The position numbers and the translations under genes were made by a program. DNA of 64,000 bases from Candidatus Latescibacterota bacterium. Its GTDB lineage: Bacteria > Latescibacterota > UBA2968 > GCA-2709665. How positions within the stretch are numbered: position 1 is the stretch's first letter; every line of letters starts with the position of its first letter. This document shows, piece after piece, positions 27,900 through 37,476 of this stretch. Below the pieces are notes generated by a model. It was given only the letters and a program-made list of their open reading frames with translations. It was not told the origin of the DNA and did no database searches. Location: assembly GCA_965248435.1 (NCBI GenBank), contig OZ252100.1, positions 1,280,001-1,344,000 on the forward strand, given 5' to 3'.

Positions 27900-29295
27900 G
27901 CGGGAGGACCTCCTGGTTCTCGCTTTCAACCATCGATAGGACCAGGCGCTTGAACAAAAGACCCCTCTCCTCGAAGTTTCGAAACATGTCGTAGCTTGCT
28001 GAAGCAGGTGAAAGCAGGACGGTTGATCCGGGAACGGAGAGGTCAGCAGCAAACGAAACGGCATCTTCGAGGGAGCGCTTTTGGTGGATGCGCGTTGGCG
28101 CCTCCTTTGGAACTGATGCGGCGATCGCTCCGGCCGTTTGACCGATCAAGATCAAGTCAGACACCTTCCTGGCAATCACCCTCCCCAACAGGTCGAAAAC
28201 GAGCCCTTTGTCGTAGCCGCCGGCGATGAGGATCACAGGTTCGGAAACGGCCTCCAGGCCAACGAGAGCGCGCTCCTGAGTCGTCGAAATGGAATCGTTG
28301 AGGTAGGATACGCCGTTAAGCTCGGCAACCATTTCCAGGCGATGCGCCACTCCTCTAAAGCTGCGTATCGACTCGAAAATATCCTCTTCAGGAATCCCCC
28401 GAGATACAGCAGCACACGCGGCCGCGAGTGCGTTCGCCAGGTTGTGCCGACCCGGCACCTGCAGCTCGCTAACAGGACAGATCTCCCGCTCCGAACCTTT
28501 GAGCGTATGCCTGATCTCCCCATTGCTCAAATATACTCCGCGTTCCAATCTCTTCTCCAGGCTGAACGAACTGCCCATAGCATCGGACGCTTCACCCCAT
28601 TCACTCACTACCGGGTCGTCCGCGTTCAGGACGTATCGATCTTCCGTCCCCTGGTAAACCACAATCTTCCGTTTTGCACCGAGGTAAGCCTCCAGGGACC
28701 CGTGCGCATCCAGATGATTAGGAGCAAAGTTCGTGACCACGGCGATCTGAGGGCTCCACTCCAGGTCTCCCAGGCGGTCGAGCTGAAAACTGGAGAGCTC
28801 CAGTACGACAGGTGTATCTGCAGTGATCCGTTCCACTCGATCAAGCAGTGACCCCCCGATGTTTCCACCCACGAGCGTACGGGCGTCCCTTCGGCGCATC
28901 ATGGCACCGATGAGCGAGGTCGTTGTCGTCTTTCCGCTTGTTCCTGTCACACCTACGATAGGTGCGGGACACCGCTCCACAAAAAGACATATCTCCGTCG
29001 TAATCGGAACGCCCGCGTGTTCCGCGATCTTGAGAAAGGGCGAAGTCCGGGGCACTCCGGGGTTCGCGACAACAAGGTCAGTGTTCCGAAAATCCTCTTC
29101 GTCGTGGCCGCCGAGCTTGTAGCGTACCGCACACCCCGACAACAGCTCCAACGCGTCGGCCAGCTCAGCAGAAGACCGAAGATCCGTAACGGTTACGCGC
29201 GCTCCCTCCCGAAGGAGATACTGGACGGCGCCTGCACCCCCTCCAAACAGTCCGAGGCCCATCACCAGAACGCGCCGCCCTTTTACGGCTGACAT
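27892..29295 (-). CDS. murD: UDP-N-acetylmuramoyl-L-alanine--D-glutamate ligase
   Basis: GVTGTSGKTTT, GGNIG, LELSSFQL, N..PNHLD.H, HRLE, NDS.ST, LLSPA.ASYD.F.NFEERG. Confidence 0.95.
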   Translation of the reverse strand: MSAVKGRRVLVMGLGLFGGGAGAVQYLLREGARVTVTDLRSSAELADALELLSGCAVRYKLGGHDEEDFRNTDLVVANPGVPRTSPFLKIAEHAGVPITTEICLFVERCPAPIVGVTGTSGKTTTTSLIGAMMRRRDARTLVGGNIGGSLLDRVERITADTPVVLELSSFQLDRLGDLEWSPQIAVVTNFAPNHLDAHGSLEAYLGAKRKIVVYQGTEDRYVLNADDPVVSEWGEASDAMGSSFSLEKRLERGVYLSNGEIRHTLKGSEREICPVSELQVPGRHNLANALAAACAAVSRGIPEEDIFESIRSFRGVAHRLEMVAELNGVSYLNDSISTTQERALVGLEAVSEPVILIAGGYDKGLVFDLLGRVIARKVSDLILIGQTAGAIAASVPKEAPTRIHQKRSLEDAVSFAADLSVPGSTVLLSPASASYDMFRNFEERGLLFKRLVLSMVESENQEVLPRD

Positions 29296-30146
29296 GTGCT
29301 CTGTGTTTTCAGGAGATGAATCATGAGCTCTGCCATCGTGATCAAATCGAGCGCATTGTGGTGAAGGATGTCGCGAAGTTGGATGGCGTTCTGTGACCGG
29401 ACAAAGTGATGATATGCATCAGGAATCTCTACCCCGGCGATATCCCCATACCGAAAGCGGCGACAGATTGCTCGCTCAAGCGTCTGGAGTTTGCAATTCG
29501 GCAGTTCAGTGCCCCACTGTCTACGGGCATGGTGCAAGATGTCCACGTGGGCCTTTCGCAAATCCGACTTTATACCGTGAAAAATCATTCGGTCTCGAAC
29601 AAAAGGCAAATCATACGACTTTCCATTGAAACTGACGAACACCTGTGACCGACCGATCAACTCGGCGAGGTGATTCAATACGTGCGGCTCTTCGGAATAG
29701 TCTCGTGCAAGAAGCTGTCGGATCACGAGGTTCCCGTTTTCATAAAGAAGAACACCTGCAAGGAACAGGGGGGTTCCAGAGGTGAATCCCGTCGTTTCCA
29801 GATCGATATAGAGCAAATCCTCAGGACTTCGGCTTTGACTGAATGTTTTTTCGTCTTCAAGTAATCGATCTACGCCAATGGAACCGACTGCATCCAAATA
29901 GTGGCGCGTGAACGCCTCATCGTAATCAGGGATGAGGTCATTCAGCGTTGGCTCGACCACCAGGAAACATCCGTCGCCGCAGGTCATTTCCCTGCCACCA
30001 ACCGCATCTCTAATTGAAAGGCACCGACGCGCTTCTCGAGAAGTCGCCAACCTATTTTTCAGCTCCCTCCGACTTTTCGAGGGCGTATCGCGGAGGTGCG
30101 CCCGATTCAGTGCGGCAATTCGTTTTCTCAGACTCTCTGAAATCAT
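29283..30146 (-). CDS. RNase H-like (RNase_H_2, YprB/MrfB-type) exonuclease
   Basis: DLETTG, SFNGKSYDLP, H.D.LH.ARR, L..LE, HN.LD. Confidence 0.85.
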   Translation of the reverse strand: MISESLRKRIAALNRAHLRDTPSKSRRELKNRLATSREARRCLSIRDAVGGREMTCGDGCFLVVEPTLNDLIPDYDEAFTRHYLDAVGSIGVDRLLEDEKTFSQSRSPEDLLYIDLETTGFTSGTPLFLAGVLLYENGNLVIRQLLARDYSEEPHVLNHLAELIGRSQVFVSFNGKSYDLPFVRDRMIFHGIKSDLRKAHVDILHHARRQWGTELPNCKLQTLERAICRRFRYGDIAGVEIPDAYHHFVRSQNAIQLRDILHHNALDLITMAELMIHLLKTQSTCQP

Positions 30147-30444
30147 TTGAACGTCGATAGTTAGAGTTCACAACAGGTTTTTCCAAACGAATATAGTCGA
30201 ACCCTCAATTGAAAGTCAAGGTGGCCTCGGAAAGCACTGGTCCAGCCTTACATCTTTCGGTATAATTCCAGCGAGAAATGGACAGAGCCATTCACGGGAA
30301 AATATCTCTCGTTCAGGGGGATGTACGGATGGTTACGACCTCTATTTAAGAATCTTTTATGGACTCTCGAGGAAGTTTGTCCCCAAGCGCTTTTCTCAGC
30401 CAGAGGTCTTCTGAAGACCCTGGCATCACAGGGGGGGAGACAAC

Positions 30445-31278
30445 GTGAGATCTTTGACAAAGAACATCCTTTTGGTATCCATTTTGAGTACAGGGCTGGT
30501 TCACGCTGGAACCACGGACTGGGGAAACGACCCGTTATGGGACGATGGGTTTGCAGAGGTTGCGACCTACGAGGCTCGGCGATCTGTCTACGGAAAACTA
30601 CGCACCTATGAAACCGTGCTGATTACCGTAAAGGAGGACTTCAGCACCCAGTACTACACCAAAGCCGATCCGCCCTTTTTAGGAAAGGCGCTCTTTCCTG
30701 TCCTGAAACTGAACATCACGTCAGAAATTCAGACAGAGAACTATCCTTATTCCTATCTGACGAGCATCTTCGTGGACAGGAACGATGTATTCAGGCTGGT
30801 GAAGATGACCAACGGGAGTCAGGAGTGGTGTGGGAACACGTTCAAGCTCATTAAGACGTGGGGTGAAATGCCTGAACTGGTGTTTCATTCCTACTGGGAT
30901 GGAGAGGGAGACGGAAGTCAGCCACTCCAATGGGGCCCGAACAGCGTGGTCGAGGACCAACTCCCGCTATCTCTGAGGGCCCTGCCGTTTTCCAAGGACT
31001 ATACCTGGGAGTTTCAGCTGCTGCCCACGCAGATTACCAACAAGGCTTCTCGGACCAGTCCGGTGCACGCTGTGGGGCGGGTTGTTGGTCAGGAAACGGT
31101 TCGCTTTGGACAGGGAACGGTTATCTGCTGGCGAGTCGATTTGGAATTCAGCGAGATGAAGCAGAGCTACTGGTTCGAAAAGGCACATCCGAACACGCTT
31201 ATCAAGTTTCGATCTTCTGATGAAAGGAGCCTAAAACTGATCGCACAAAATCGGGAGAAATACTGGGAGAAACCCTAG
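30445..31278 (+). CDS. Conserved secreted hypothetical protein (QEWCG-motif family)
   Basis: Signal peptide; W.DG.AE...Y, VKEDF, VLKLN, YPYS, SQEWCG, HSYW..EG. Confidence 0.7.
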   Translation: MRSLTKNILLVSILSTGLVHAGTTDWGNDPLWDDGFAEVATYEARRSVYGKLRTYETVLITVKEDFSTQYYTKADPPFLGKALFPVLKLNITSEIQTENYPYSYLTSIFVDRNDVFRLVKMTNGSQEWCGNTFKLIKTWGEMPELVFHSYWDGEGDGSQPLQWGPNSVVEDQLPLSLRALPFSKDYTWEFQLLPTQITNKASRTSPVHAVGRVVGQETVRFGQGTVICWRVDLEFSEMKQSYWFEKAHPNTLIKFRSSDERSLKLIAQNREKYWEKP

Positions 31279-31565
31279 TATGAATCCATCCGAACTTTCT
31301 TTGACCGCTGAATCGTTTGTACGTCCTCCCACGAAATGCTCTGCCGCTCACCATCATCGTTGAAAAGAATCAGTTGAGTGTCCTCTACACTCGCCACCTG
31401 CCCGCTGATCTTCCTTCCATCCTTTAAAGCGATCTCCACCCTGTCATCCGGCCGAAGTTCGCGCAGACTCCTTACGACCTCGGTGGTCACATAGGTATGG
31501 GCCTTTGAGCAGCCGTGGGGTCCTAGACATAACACAAAAATGTAAATCAGAATTCTGTAGATCAT
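31275..31565 (-). CDS. Small putative lipoprotein/exported protein, possibly Sm/SH3-like beta fold
   Basis: Hydrophobic N-terminus ending GCS; V.I.LKDG..ISG.V..V....L.L.......I.W.DV..I pattern. Confidence 0.6.
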   Translation of the reverse strand: MIYRILIYIFVLCLGPHGCSKAHTYVTTEVVRSLRELRPDDRVEIALKDGRKISGQVASVEDTQLILFNDDGERQSISWEDVQTIQRSKKVRMDSY

Positions 31566-31577
31566 GGAATCTCTTTC

Positions 31578-32483
31578 TCAGCGGACCTCAGCTGTGTAGA
31601 CCTGAAGACAATCAACGGGTCGAAACTTTCTCTTGTACTGACGCAATCCCGCCAGGCCAAGATCACCCGCGTCATTCACTAAGCGATAGTGTGAAAGCGA
31701 TCGGAAGACTTCCCATCGCAAATACTCCGACAGGCCCCGAACATCCGGGTCGGTCTTGGCGATAAAGAAATTGGCCAGATCGTCCTGCATTTCTCCCACC
31801 ATGGCCAGCCCACTCAGCCGTCCCTCGATCTCCACACACCAACCTCTAAGATCAACCTGCGACCAGTCCTCGAAATGGTTCAGTGCCGCAAGACTATAGC
31901 CCCAGTCCAGAAGGTGGGTGAGCCTGCTTCTCCGCTTCCGCCGCCACAGCCGAAGCAGGTCTATGCCCGCACCTACATCCTCAGGCTTCATCTCCCGGAA
32001 ACAGGCCTGCGTGGATCTTTGGAATCTGTTCAACCGCTTCCGGAGGTCCCGATAGGCTCGTCCCGATGCCGCAGCCACACCTACCGGATCGTAAAAATAC
32101 TCTTTCTCTTTGGATTTGATCGAAAAAAGTGTCCGGGGTAGCCTTCCGGCATCTTCCTCGTCCACCCACAGGATTCTCAGAGGCCGCTGATTTACCGATC
32201 CCAGTTCATCAGCAAACGAAATGAGGGCTTTAACCGAAAATGGCAAAGGTGGAACAAGGAGATCGATCTGAGCACCCGCAGGGTCTGACCTGAGGACAAG
32301 AAGCCAGAGGGATCCTTCACGTTCGTGGAGGAACACTTGTCGTTTCGGGGGCAAACTGTAGCAACAAATAAAGGGCCCGTAGTAACACCAGGCCCGTTTC
32401 TTTTCGGCAGCAAACACACGTTTGAGTCGCCCCACGTGCACGGGAGCGATCGGCTCACCCTCAAACGGCAGCCTATCGCCCAT
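31578..32483 (-). CDS. DUF2156 / phosphatidylglycerol lysyltransferase C-terminal-like (tandem GNAT) protein
   Basis: EY.YD....A...G..Y...R...NRF, K.D.DVRGL..YL, VNDAGDLGLAGLRQYK.KFRP. Confidence 0.75.
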   Translation of the reverse strand: MGDRLPFEGEPIAPVHVGRLKRVFAAEKKRAWCYYGPFICCYSLPPKRQVFLHEREGSLWLLVLRSDPAGAQIDLLVPPLPFSVKALISFADELGSVNQRPLRILWVDEEDAGRLPRTLFSIKSKEKEYFYDPVGVAAASGRAYRDLRKRLNRFQRSTQACFREMKPEDVGAGIDLLRLWRRKRRSRLTHLLDWGYSLAALNHFEDWSQVDLRGWCVEIEGRLSGLAMVGEMQDDLANFFIAKTDPDVRGLSEYLRWEVFRSLSHYRLVNDAGDLGLAGLRQYKRKFRPVDCLQVYTAEVR

Positions 32484-33519
32484 GGGCCTTCTGAGCGCGC
32501 TTCCGGTCCGCCGTATAGAGCGCTCCCGTATAGGCCCCCTGAATTCTTGGCCGAAGCCGCCCCGTGGAAACGGCCCGAATCATCTGGCTCACGCCCGCAA
32601 GAACCTGAGCCCCCACGTAACGGTTGAATCCAGGCAGAATCTCTAGGGGTGACAGACCCATGTCCAGGATGGCGCCGATCGCCCTGGCCGTCTCATCGGG
32701 ACTGCGGTGCCCGAAAGAGACAAAGCCCTGTCCACCCGCTCTCGGTCTAAGTCCACTCGTACCGCGAGATACGAACAGGTCCAAACCTTCCAGCGTATAA
32801 GGGGGATCGGTGAAAAAAGTATCGAATCGCCCGGTAAGATTCAGGGGGAGGTCCAAACGCAAGTCGTGTTGGATCACTTCCACTGAACCATCGAACGGAC
32901 TTCCCACACAGAGGAGGAATTCAACCAGTCGCTCGTCCAACTCGACGACCACGATCCTCTGAGTCCGAAAACCCAGAAACTTTGCCAGGAAGATCACGCC
33001 CAACGAGGTCAGATCGTCATCTCCGAGAATCAGGACGTTCCGACCTTCAAGGGCATCGTGCCCATAGAGAAAAATCGCCCTGCGTAAGGTCGTCTCGGCT
33101 GTTGCGTGAGATTGATCCAGCCGAACATCGACCTGCGGGCGATTCTTACAGACCTCTTCGAGTTGTTCCTGGACCGCTTTTAACTCTGTCGGGATCGGAG
33201 GAGCCTGCGGCGAGGGGAACTTTCTTCGGCAGGAGATCCCAAGGTGCTGCCTCACGATCTGGCACCCTACTTCAGAAAGGGCTACCCCTCCCTTCCTCAA
33301 CAGGATCCCTCGAGATTCCAGCTCGCCCCGAATCGCTGCCACCACCGGAACCGGGAGTCCGGCTTGCCGGGAAAGATCTCGAATCGGCAGCGCACCCGCT
33401 TGAAAGACTGCCCTTAAAACTCGCCGAACACCCTCTGGACCCTCTAGAACGTTCGCGGAGTCGGCGACCTCTTCCAGCAGTGCTGCGCCGGGCGACCCCT
33501 CACCCCCCACCAGCCTCAT
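32473..33519 (-). CDS. Bis-aminopropyl spermidine synthase (BpsA/DUF43) family protein with N-terminal HTH
   Basis: RP.....LDQ..AT.ET..RR, LGDDDLTSL, E.DERL, HDLR, FDTFFTDPPYT..G..LF.SRG; start uncertain. Confidence 0.8.
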   Translation of the reverse strand: MRLVGGEGSPGAALLEEVADSANVLEGPEGVRRVLRAVFQAGALPIRDLSRQAGLPVPVVAAIRGELESRGILLRKGGVALSEVGCQIVRQHLGISCRRKFPSPQAPPIPTELKAVQEQLEEVCKNRPQVDVRLDQSHATAETTLRRAIFLYGHDALEGRNVLILGDDDLTSLGVIFLAKFLGFRTQRIVVVELDERLVEFLLCVGSPFDGSVEVIQHDLRLDLPLNLTGRFDTFFTDPPYTLEGLDLFVSRGTSGLRPRAGGQGFVSFGHRSPDETARAIGAILDMGLSPLEILPGFNRYVGAQVLAGVSQMIRAVSTGRLRPRIQGAYTGALYTADRKRAQKAHGR

Positions 33520-34666
33520 CCTTCGACTCCGATCCCCCGGCATCCCCTTCCTTCTCAGAAGACGGCGCTTCGGGTTCCGAGACGGAGGGCGTCCCAACCT
33601 CGTCAGCCTCCGTTCTCTCCTCCCACTCAAGGAGGTTTTCGTCGTCCTTCTGTTTTCTAAGGATCACATAAATCAAGCTCAGGCCTGAGGCGCAAGCTGA
33701 ATGGGCATAGGCGAGAAGCACACCCGTGAGCAGAATGAGCATAATCGCCAGAATCTTCCCGGACGTGGCGTCGGAGACAGATAGTATCCCTGGCCCAGGG
33801 TCAGGGAGATGTTGCATAACATCGATCCTGAGTTGCGACAATTTGATCGGGAGGTGGTAGTTCGCCGCAAAGAGCGCGTTGGCGAGCTTCTCTTTCATGA
33901 AAAATCCGCAAGCCCAGGTGATGAGGCAAAGCGTCCAGGTCATCAAGGTTCCCAAGATGGCGACACCCAGCAGGACCGAAATCTTCATCCAGATCGTGTA
34001 GACCACAAGTCGCCAGGGCTGGCTCCAGACCAGCGAAAAAGACTGAATCACGACCTCAAGCGTATCCTCACCCACTGTACCGACAATGGCCGGCGCCATC
34101 AGAAAGGCCGCAAAGAAGGTGATTGAGATAAAAATCGACACGAGCGCCGCGAAGAAGATGGGAATAAACGTAATCGCAAACAGAGGTCCGCCTACCACTG
34201 GGATGATGTTCGCCAACCACCCAATGACGATGCCCACGACCAGAAAAAAGACAAAAAGCGCCAGCACCGCGACCGGGCCAAACAGTACGCCAGTCCAGTT
34301 GCCTTTGAGGAACTTCCACGCATCTCCAGAGGAGTAAAAGTCATCTCCCCTGAGTTGCTGATATGTAATCTTGCAGATCATACAGCTGGCCAAAAGCATT
34401 ACAGCCAGGAAGAAGACTGCGCCAAGCAGCCACAGTACGGTCCCCAGAAGTGGCAGGTGCCCCCACTCTGCGCCAGGGAATAGCCCATAACGGACCCACA
34501 ATGAACCGAGGGTTGCTCCGCCGGAAAGGTGGGCGAGAATCGATAGAATCGAGTAGCCGACGGTGGCTATGATCAGGCCGCACAGCCCGACCCAGATCTT
34601 CTTTCCGGACCAGCCCAGGCGGATCACACGAAAGATGTCGCGGATATCAAAGTGCAGCTTCGCCAT
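33500..34666 (-). CDS. Polytopic membrane protein of unknown function
   Basis: About 7 hydrophobic segments, IY..LR.....E motif, acidic tail. Confidence 0.75.
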   Translation of the reverse strand: MAKLHFDIRDIFRVIRLGWSGKKIWVGLCGLIIATVGYSILSILAHLSGGATLGSLWVRYGLFPGAEWGHLPLLGTVLWLLGAVFFLAVMLLASCMICKITYQQLRGDDFYSSGDAWKFLKGNWTGVLFGPVAVLALFVFFLVVGIVIGWLANIIPVVGGPLFAITFIPIFFAALVSIFISITFFAAFLMAPAIVGTVGEDTLEVVIQSFSLVWSQPWRLVVYTIWMKISVLLGVAILGTLMTWTLCLITWACGFFMKEKLANALFAANYHLPIKLSQLRIDVMQHLPDPGPGILSVSDATSGKILAIMLILLTGVLLAYAHSACASGLSLIYVILRKQKDDENLLEWEERTEADEVGTPSVSEPEAPSSEKEGDAGGSESKDEAGGG

Positions 34667-34755
34667 GAAGCGCCTCCCTCACGTTTGCCTCGGCCTAGAT
34701 GACAAAGGGGCCAAAACGGTACAGACCACAGAAAAACTTAAAGGTTACGGCCGCT

Positions 34756-34784
34756 ATTATGCGAAAATGCCTGGGGAAAGTCAA
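34756..34784 (-). promoter_or_regulatory. Sigma70 promoter for the membrane protein-BpsA-DUF2156 unit
   Basis: TTGACT-N17-CATAAT. Confidence 0.6.
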
Positions 34785-34800
34785 GCGAAATATAGGGTTT

Positions 34801-35397
34801 TCAGCGGGGGGAATGGTCGCTGCCCGGTGGTGGATCTGAAGCGGAGAGATTCGACCTGATTTGGGTCAAGAAGTCGTCAAGGAGGACTGTGAAGGGTCGA
34901 TGAGAACTGGGTTTGAACAGAGATCCGTCCGGCATCGGGGTCGCACCCGCCTGAAGCACCACCTGAGGTTCATCCTGATTCTCCACCAACACTTCATAGC
35001 AGCCCTGACTCAGGCCTACCGGCCAGGGAGAATCGGTGCCGGAGGAACCCGTAAGAAAAAGCACGCTCTCCTGGTGCGGAGAAAATTCGGGCATGCCCGG
35101 GACAAGAAGCCGTTGTCCCTCTACACGACCTCCAGGGAGGGTGAGGACGATCTCTTTGGAGGCCGAGTCACCCTTGATCGGATTCAGAACTTCAAATGCG
35201 GTCTGTGTGAAGATTCCTCCACCCTGGGCATCTCGAAAACTCTGAGTACGGAGGCACCGGACGTGGGCGATTGTCTCTGCACGAACGCAGAGAGAATCGA
35301 AGGGGAACCGGACAACCGTCGTGGCTGCAGTCTCACTCACGAAGCCGAGCAACAGAGGAATTAGGAGCGTCCGGAGTCGTTGAAGGTGGCGGGGCAC
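34801..35397 (-). CDS. Secreted hypothetical protein
   Basis: Signal peptide, ATTV...L...A..I, LPGG, PG.P.F....E..LFL, VGLSQG. Confidence 0.7.
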   Translation of the reverse strand: MPRHLQRLRTLLIPLLLGFVSETAATTVVRFPFDSLCVRAETIAHVRCLRTQSFRDAQGGGIFTQTAFEVLNPIKGDSASKEIVLTLPGGRVEGQRLLVPGMPEFSPHQESVLFLTGSSGTDSPWPVGLSQGCYEVLVENQDEPQVVLQAGATPMPDGSLFKPSSHRPFTVLLDDFLTQIRSNLSASDPPPGSDHSPR

Positions 35398-35485
35398 GCT
35401 AAGAATACCTGGTTAGGATGATTTGCTCTGACCGAAAGCGCACCTCCTATGAACGCCCGACCGCTCCCATCGTTCCCCCCGAACA

Positions 35486-36055
35486 CTACTGGAGAACAAA
35501 GTTTTGAAAGTAGACCTCGACGACCGCGTTAACCCCCAGGAAGCCTTCTACGTTCAATCTCTCCTTGATCTCATCCTTCAGCCTCTGGTGGTTCTCTGGC
35601 TCCAGTTGGGGGATCGTCTTGCTCCGAAGGATATCGATGAGCCGGTCCCGGATCTTGGAACCCTGCTTGTTTTCTTCGATGAACGCCTCGACTTCCGGGC
35701 TTGCCAGCCCGAGGTTGATCTTCGCACTCAAAAATCGAAGTCCTTCCGTCCCAGCGGGATTCACTACGATATCCTCTATTTTCTCATAAATAACGGAAAC
35801 GATCCCAGGAGGACCATTCGTGGCCAGCTGTTCCTCCTCCTCCGGCAGAACTTCCTCCACGACTTCCTCCTCTTCCAAAACCTCGTCGGGCGCAAACAAC
35901 CAGTTGACCAGTAGGTACCCAATGATGATCTGGACGACGAGAACCCCAGCGATGTACGGAAGGTATCGCTTCAGGTTCAGGCCGCCCTCCTGCTCCTCCT
36001 CTTCACCACCCTCCTCGCCTACATCTGCATCCAGATTAAACTCTTCGTCAGCCAT
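35486..36055 (-). CDS. fliL: Flagellar basal body-associated protein FliL
   Basis: Single TM helix, IVVNPAGT.G.RFL, IRD.LI.IL.SKT, LK.EI..RLN, V.EVYF..FVLQ. Confidence 0.85.
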   Translation of the reverse strand: MADEEFNLDADVGEEGGEEEEQEGGLNLKRYLPYIAGVLVVQIIIGYLLVNWLFAPDEVLEEEEVVEEVLPEEEEQLATNGPPGIVSVIYEKIEDIVVNPAGTEGLRFLSAKINLGLASPEVEAFIEENKQGSKIRDRLIDILRSKTIPQLEPENHQRLKDEIKERLNVEGFLGVNAVVEVYFQNFVLQ

Positions 36056-36111
36056 TGAGACCTCCTGAATCGGTCACCAGAGAATGTCCCATCAGTACCG
36101 ATATCGGCACA

Positions 36112-37470
36112 TCACGCTTGACCTCCAGTTCCGTCTCCATCGACGGAAGAAACCCCTAGGCTGCGAAAGGTCCCCCGGGCAACCGCGAGTGCACTTTCGC
36201 GGCTATCGATGGTCCCTTCCAGTTGGGCATCTTCCACTGCGGTAAGCGCACGCTTGAACGCAGGTCCTGGAGCATAACCCAGGCGAATCAGATCTTTCCC
36301 TGATATAAGAGGCGCGGGTCGAATGTCCTCAGGTCCGAATTCGTCCACGGCTTCCTTGCAAAATTCATAGTTCTCAAGATTTCCGTGGCAGGCAAGGCAG
36401 TCAACGCGATGCAACTCCAGGTGTTCTTCGAACCGATGGGTCCGGAGAAAGCGCTTCAGTCGGCTCGGCCGCATCCGACGCACGTGCATAAACTGGTGGT
36501 GGTCAGACACAAGGCGCACGATATGCTCGGTCGAGTCCAAGGAGAAATGCAGCCGCTTGCAGATCTCCGCGGCCATCTGCCCGCCAATCCGATCGTGGTT
36601 GTTGAACCGAATCCGATCGCTGACTTCCAGAGTGCGTGGCTTGCCGACATCGTGGAGCAGCACGCCCATCGCAAGCTCCGGTGAGGGGGTCTTGACGATC
36701 CCGAGCATGATCAGCGTGTGCGTTAGAACATCCCCCTCAGGGTGAAAATTTCGGGGTTGCTGCAGGCCTTGCATCCGAACGACTTCGGGCAGGATAGACG
36801 CCATCAACCCTGAATCGATCAGCCACCGGACCCCGAGTGGGGCTCCGCCCTCCGTGAGGACCTTCAAGAGTTCATCGCGGACACGTTCTGCGCTGATCTC
36901 ATCGATCGATCCACTGAACCGGCGGATGGACCTAAACATCTCTGCATCGAGTCTCCAGCCATATCGGCTCCCAAACCGAATGGCCCGAATCATTCTCAAG
37001 CGATCTTCGCGAAAACGCTGCTCGGGGGGTCCGATCGTTCTGACCCGTCCGATGCGCAAGTCCTCCAGTCCACCCACGTAATCGATGATCCGATCTTCGA
37101 TCGGATCCATGAACATTCCATTGACGGTAAAATCACGACGCAGGGCGTCTTCACGCGAATCAGAAAATACAACCTGATCCGGTCGACGGCCGTCGCTGTA
37201 GCCCAGATCCCGACGGAACCGAGCAACCTCGTAATCGTGTCCATCGACTTGGACGATCACCACGCCGAAATGGGCACCCACCTCCCGGGCATTCGGGAAA
37301 ATATTCATCACCGTCCCACAGTCGGCATCGGTTGCAATATCATAATCCTGAGGCAGAATACCCAGGAGGTGGTCTCGGACGCAACCGCCGGCAAACAGCG
37401 CCTGAAATCCACGGTCCTGCAGCGTCCGAACGACCCGGACAGCGCCCTCTCTTAGGGAAAGGCCATCCAT
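36112..37470 (-). CDS. cca: CCA tRNA nucleotidyltransferase (HD domain)
   Basis: GGCVRD.LLG..P.DYDIAT, DA.RRDFT.N, EDRLRMIRAIRF, FHPEGDV..HT, LLHDVGKP. Confidence 0.9.
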   Translation of the reverse strand: MDGLSLREGAVRVVRTLQDRGFQALFAGGCVRDHLLGILPQDYDIATDADCGTVMNIFPNAREVGAHFGVVIVQVDGHDYEVARFRRDLGYSDGRRPDQVVFSDSREDALRRDFTVNGMFMDPIEDRIIDYVGGLEDLRIGRVRTIGPPEQRFREDRLRMIRAIRFGSRYGWRLDAEMFRSIRRFSGSIDEISAERVRDELLKVLTEGGAPLGVRWLIDSGLMASILPEVVRMQGLQQPRNFHPEGDVLTHTLIMLGIVKTPSPELAMGVLLHDVGKPRTLEVSDRIRFNNHDRIGGQMAAEICKRLHFSLDSTEHIVRLVSDHHQFMHVRRMRPSRLKRFLRTHRFEEHLELHRVDCLACHGNLENYEFCKEAVDEFGPEDIRPAPLISGKDLIRLGYAPGPAFKRALTAVEDAQLEGTIDSRESALAVARGTFRSLGVSSVDGDGTGGQA

Positions 37471-37476
37471 GCTGAC

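Noticed and set aside
36101-36125. Sigma28 promoter for fliL (GCCGATAT on minus strand)
   Set aside because: The candidate -35 TCAAG is only 8 nt away, so the spacing is wrong.
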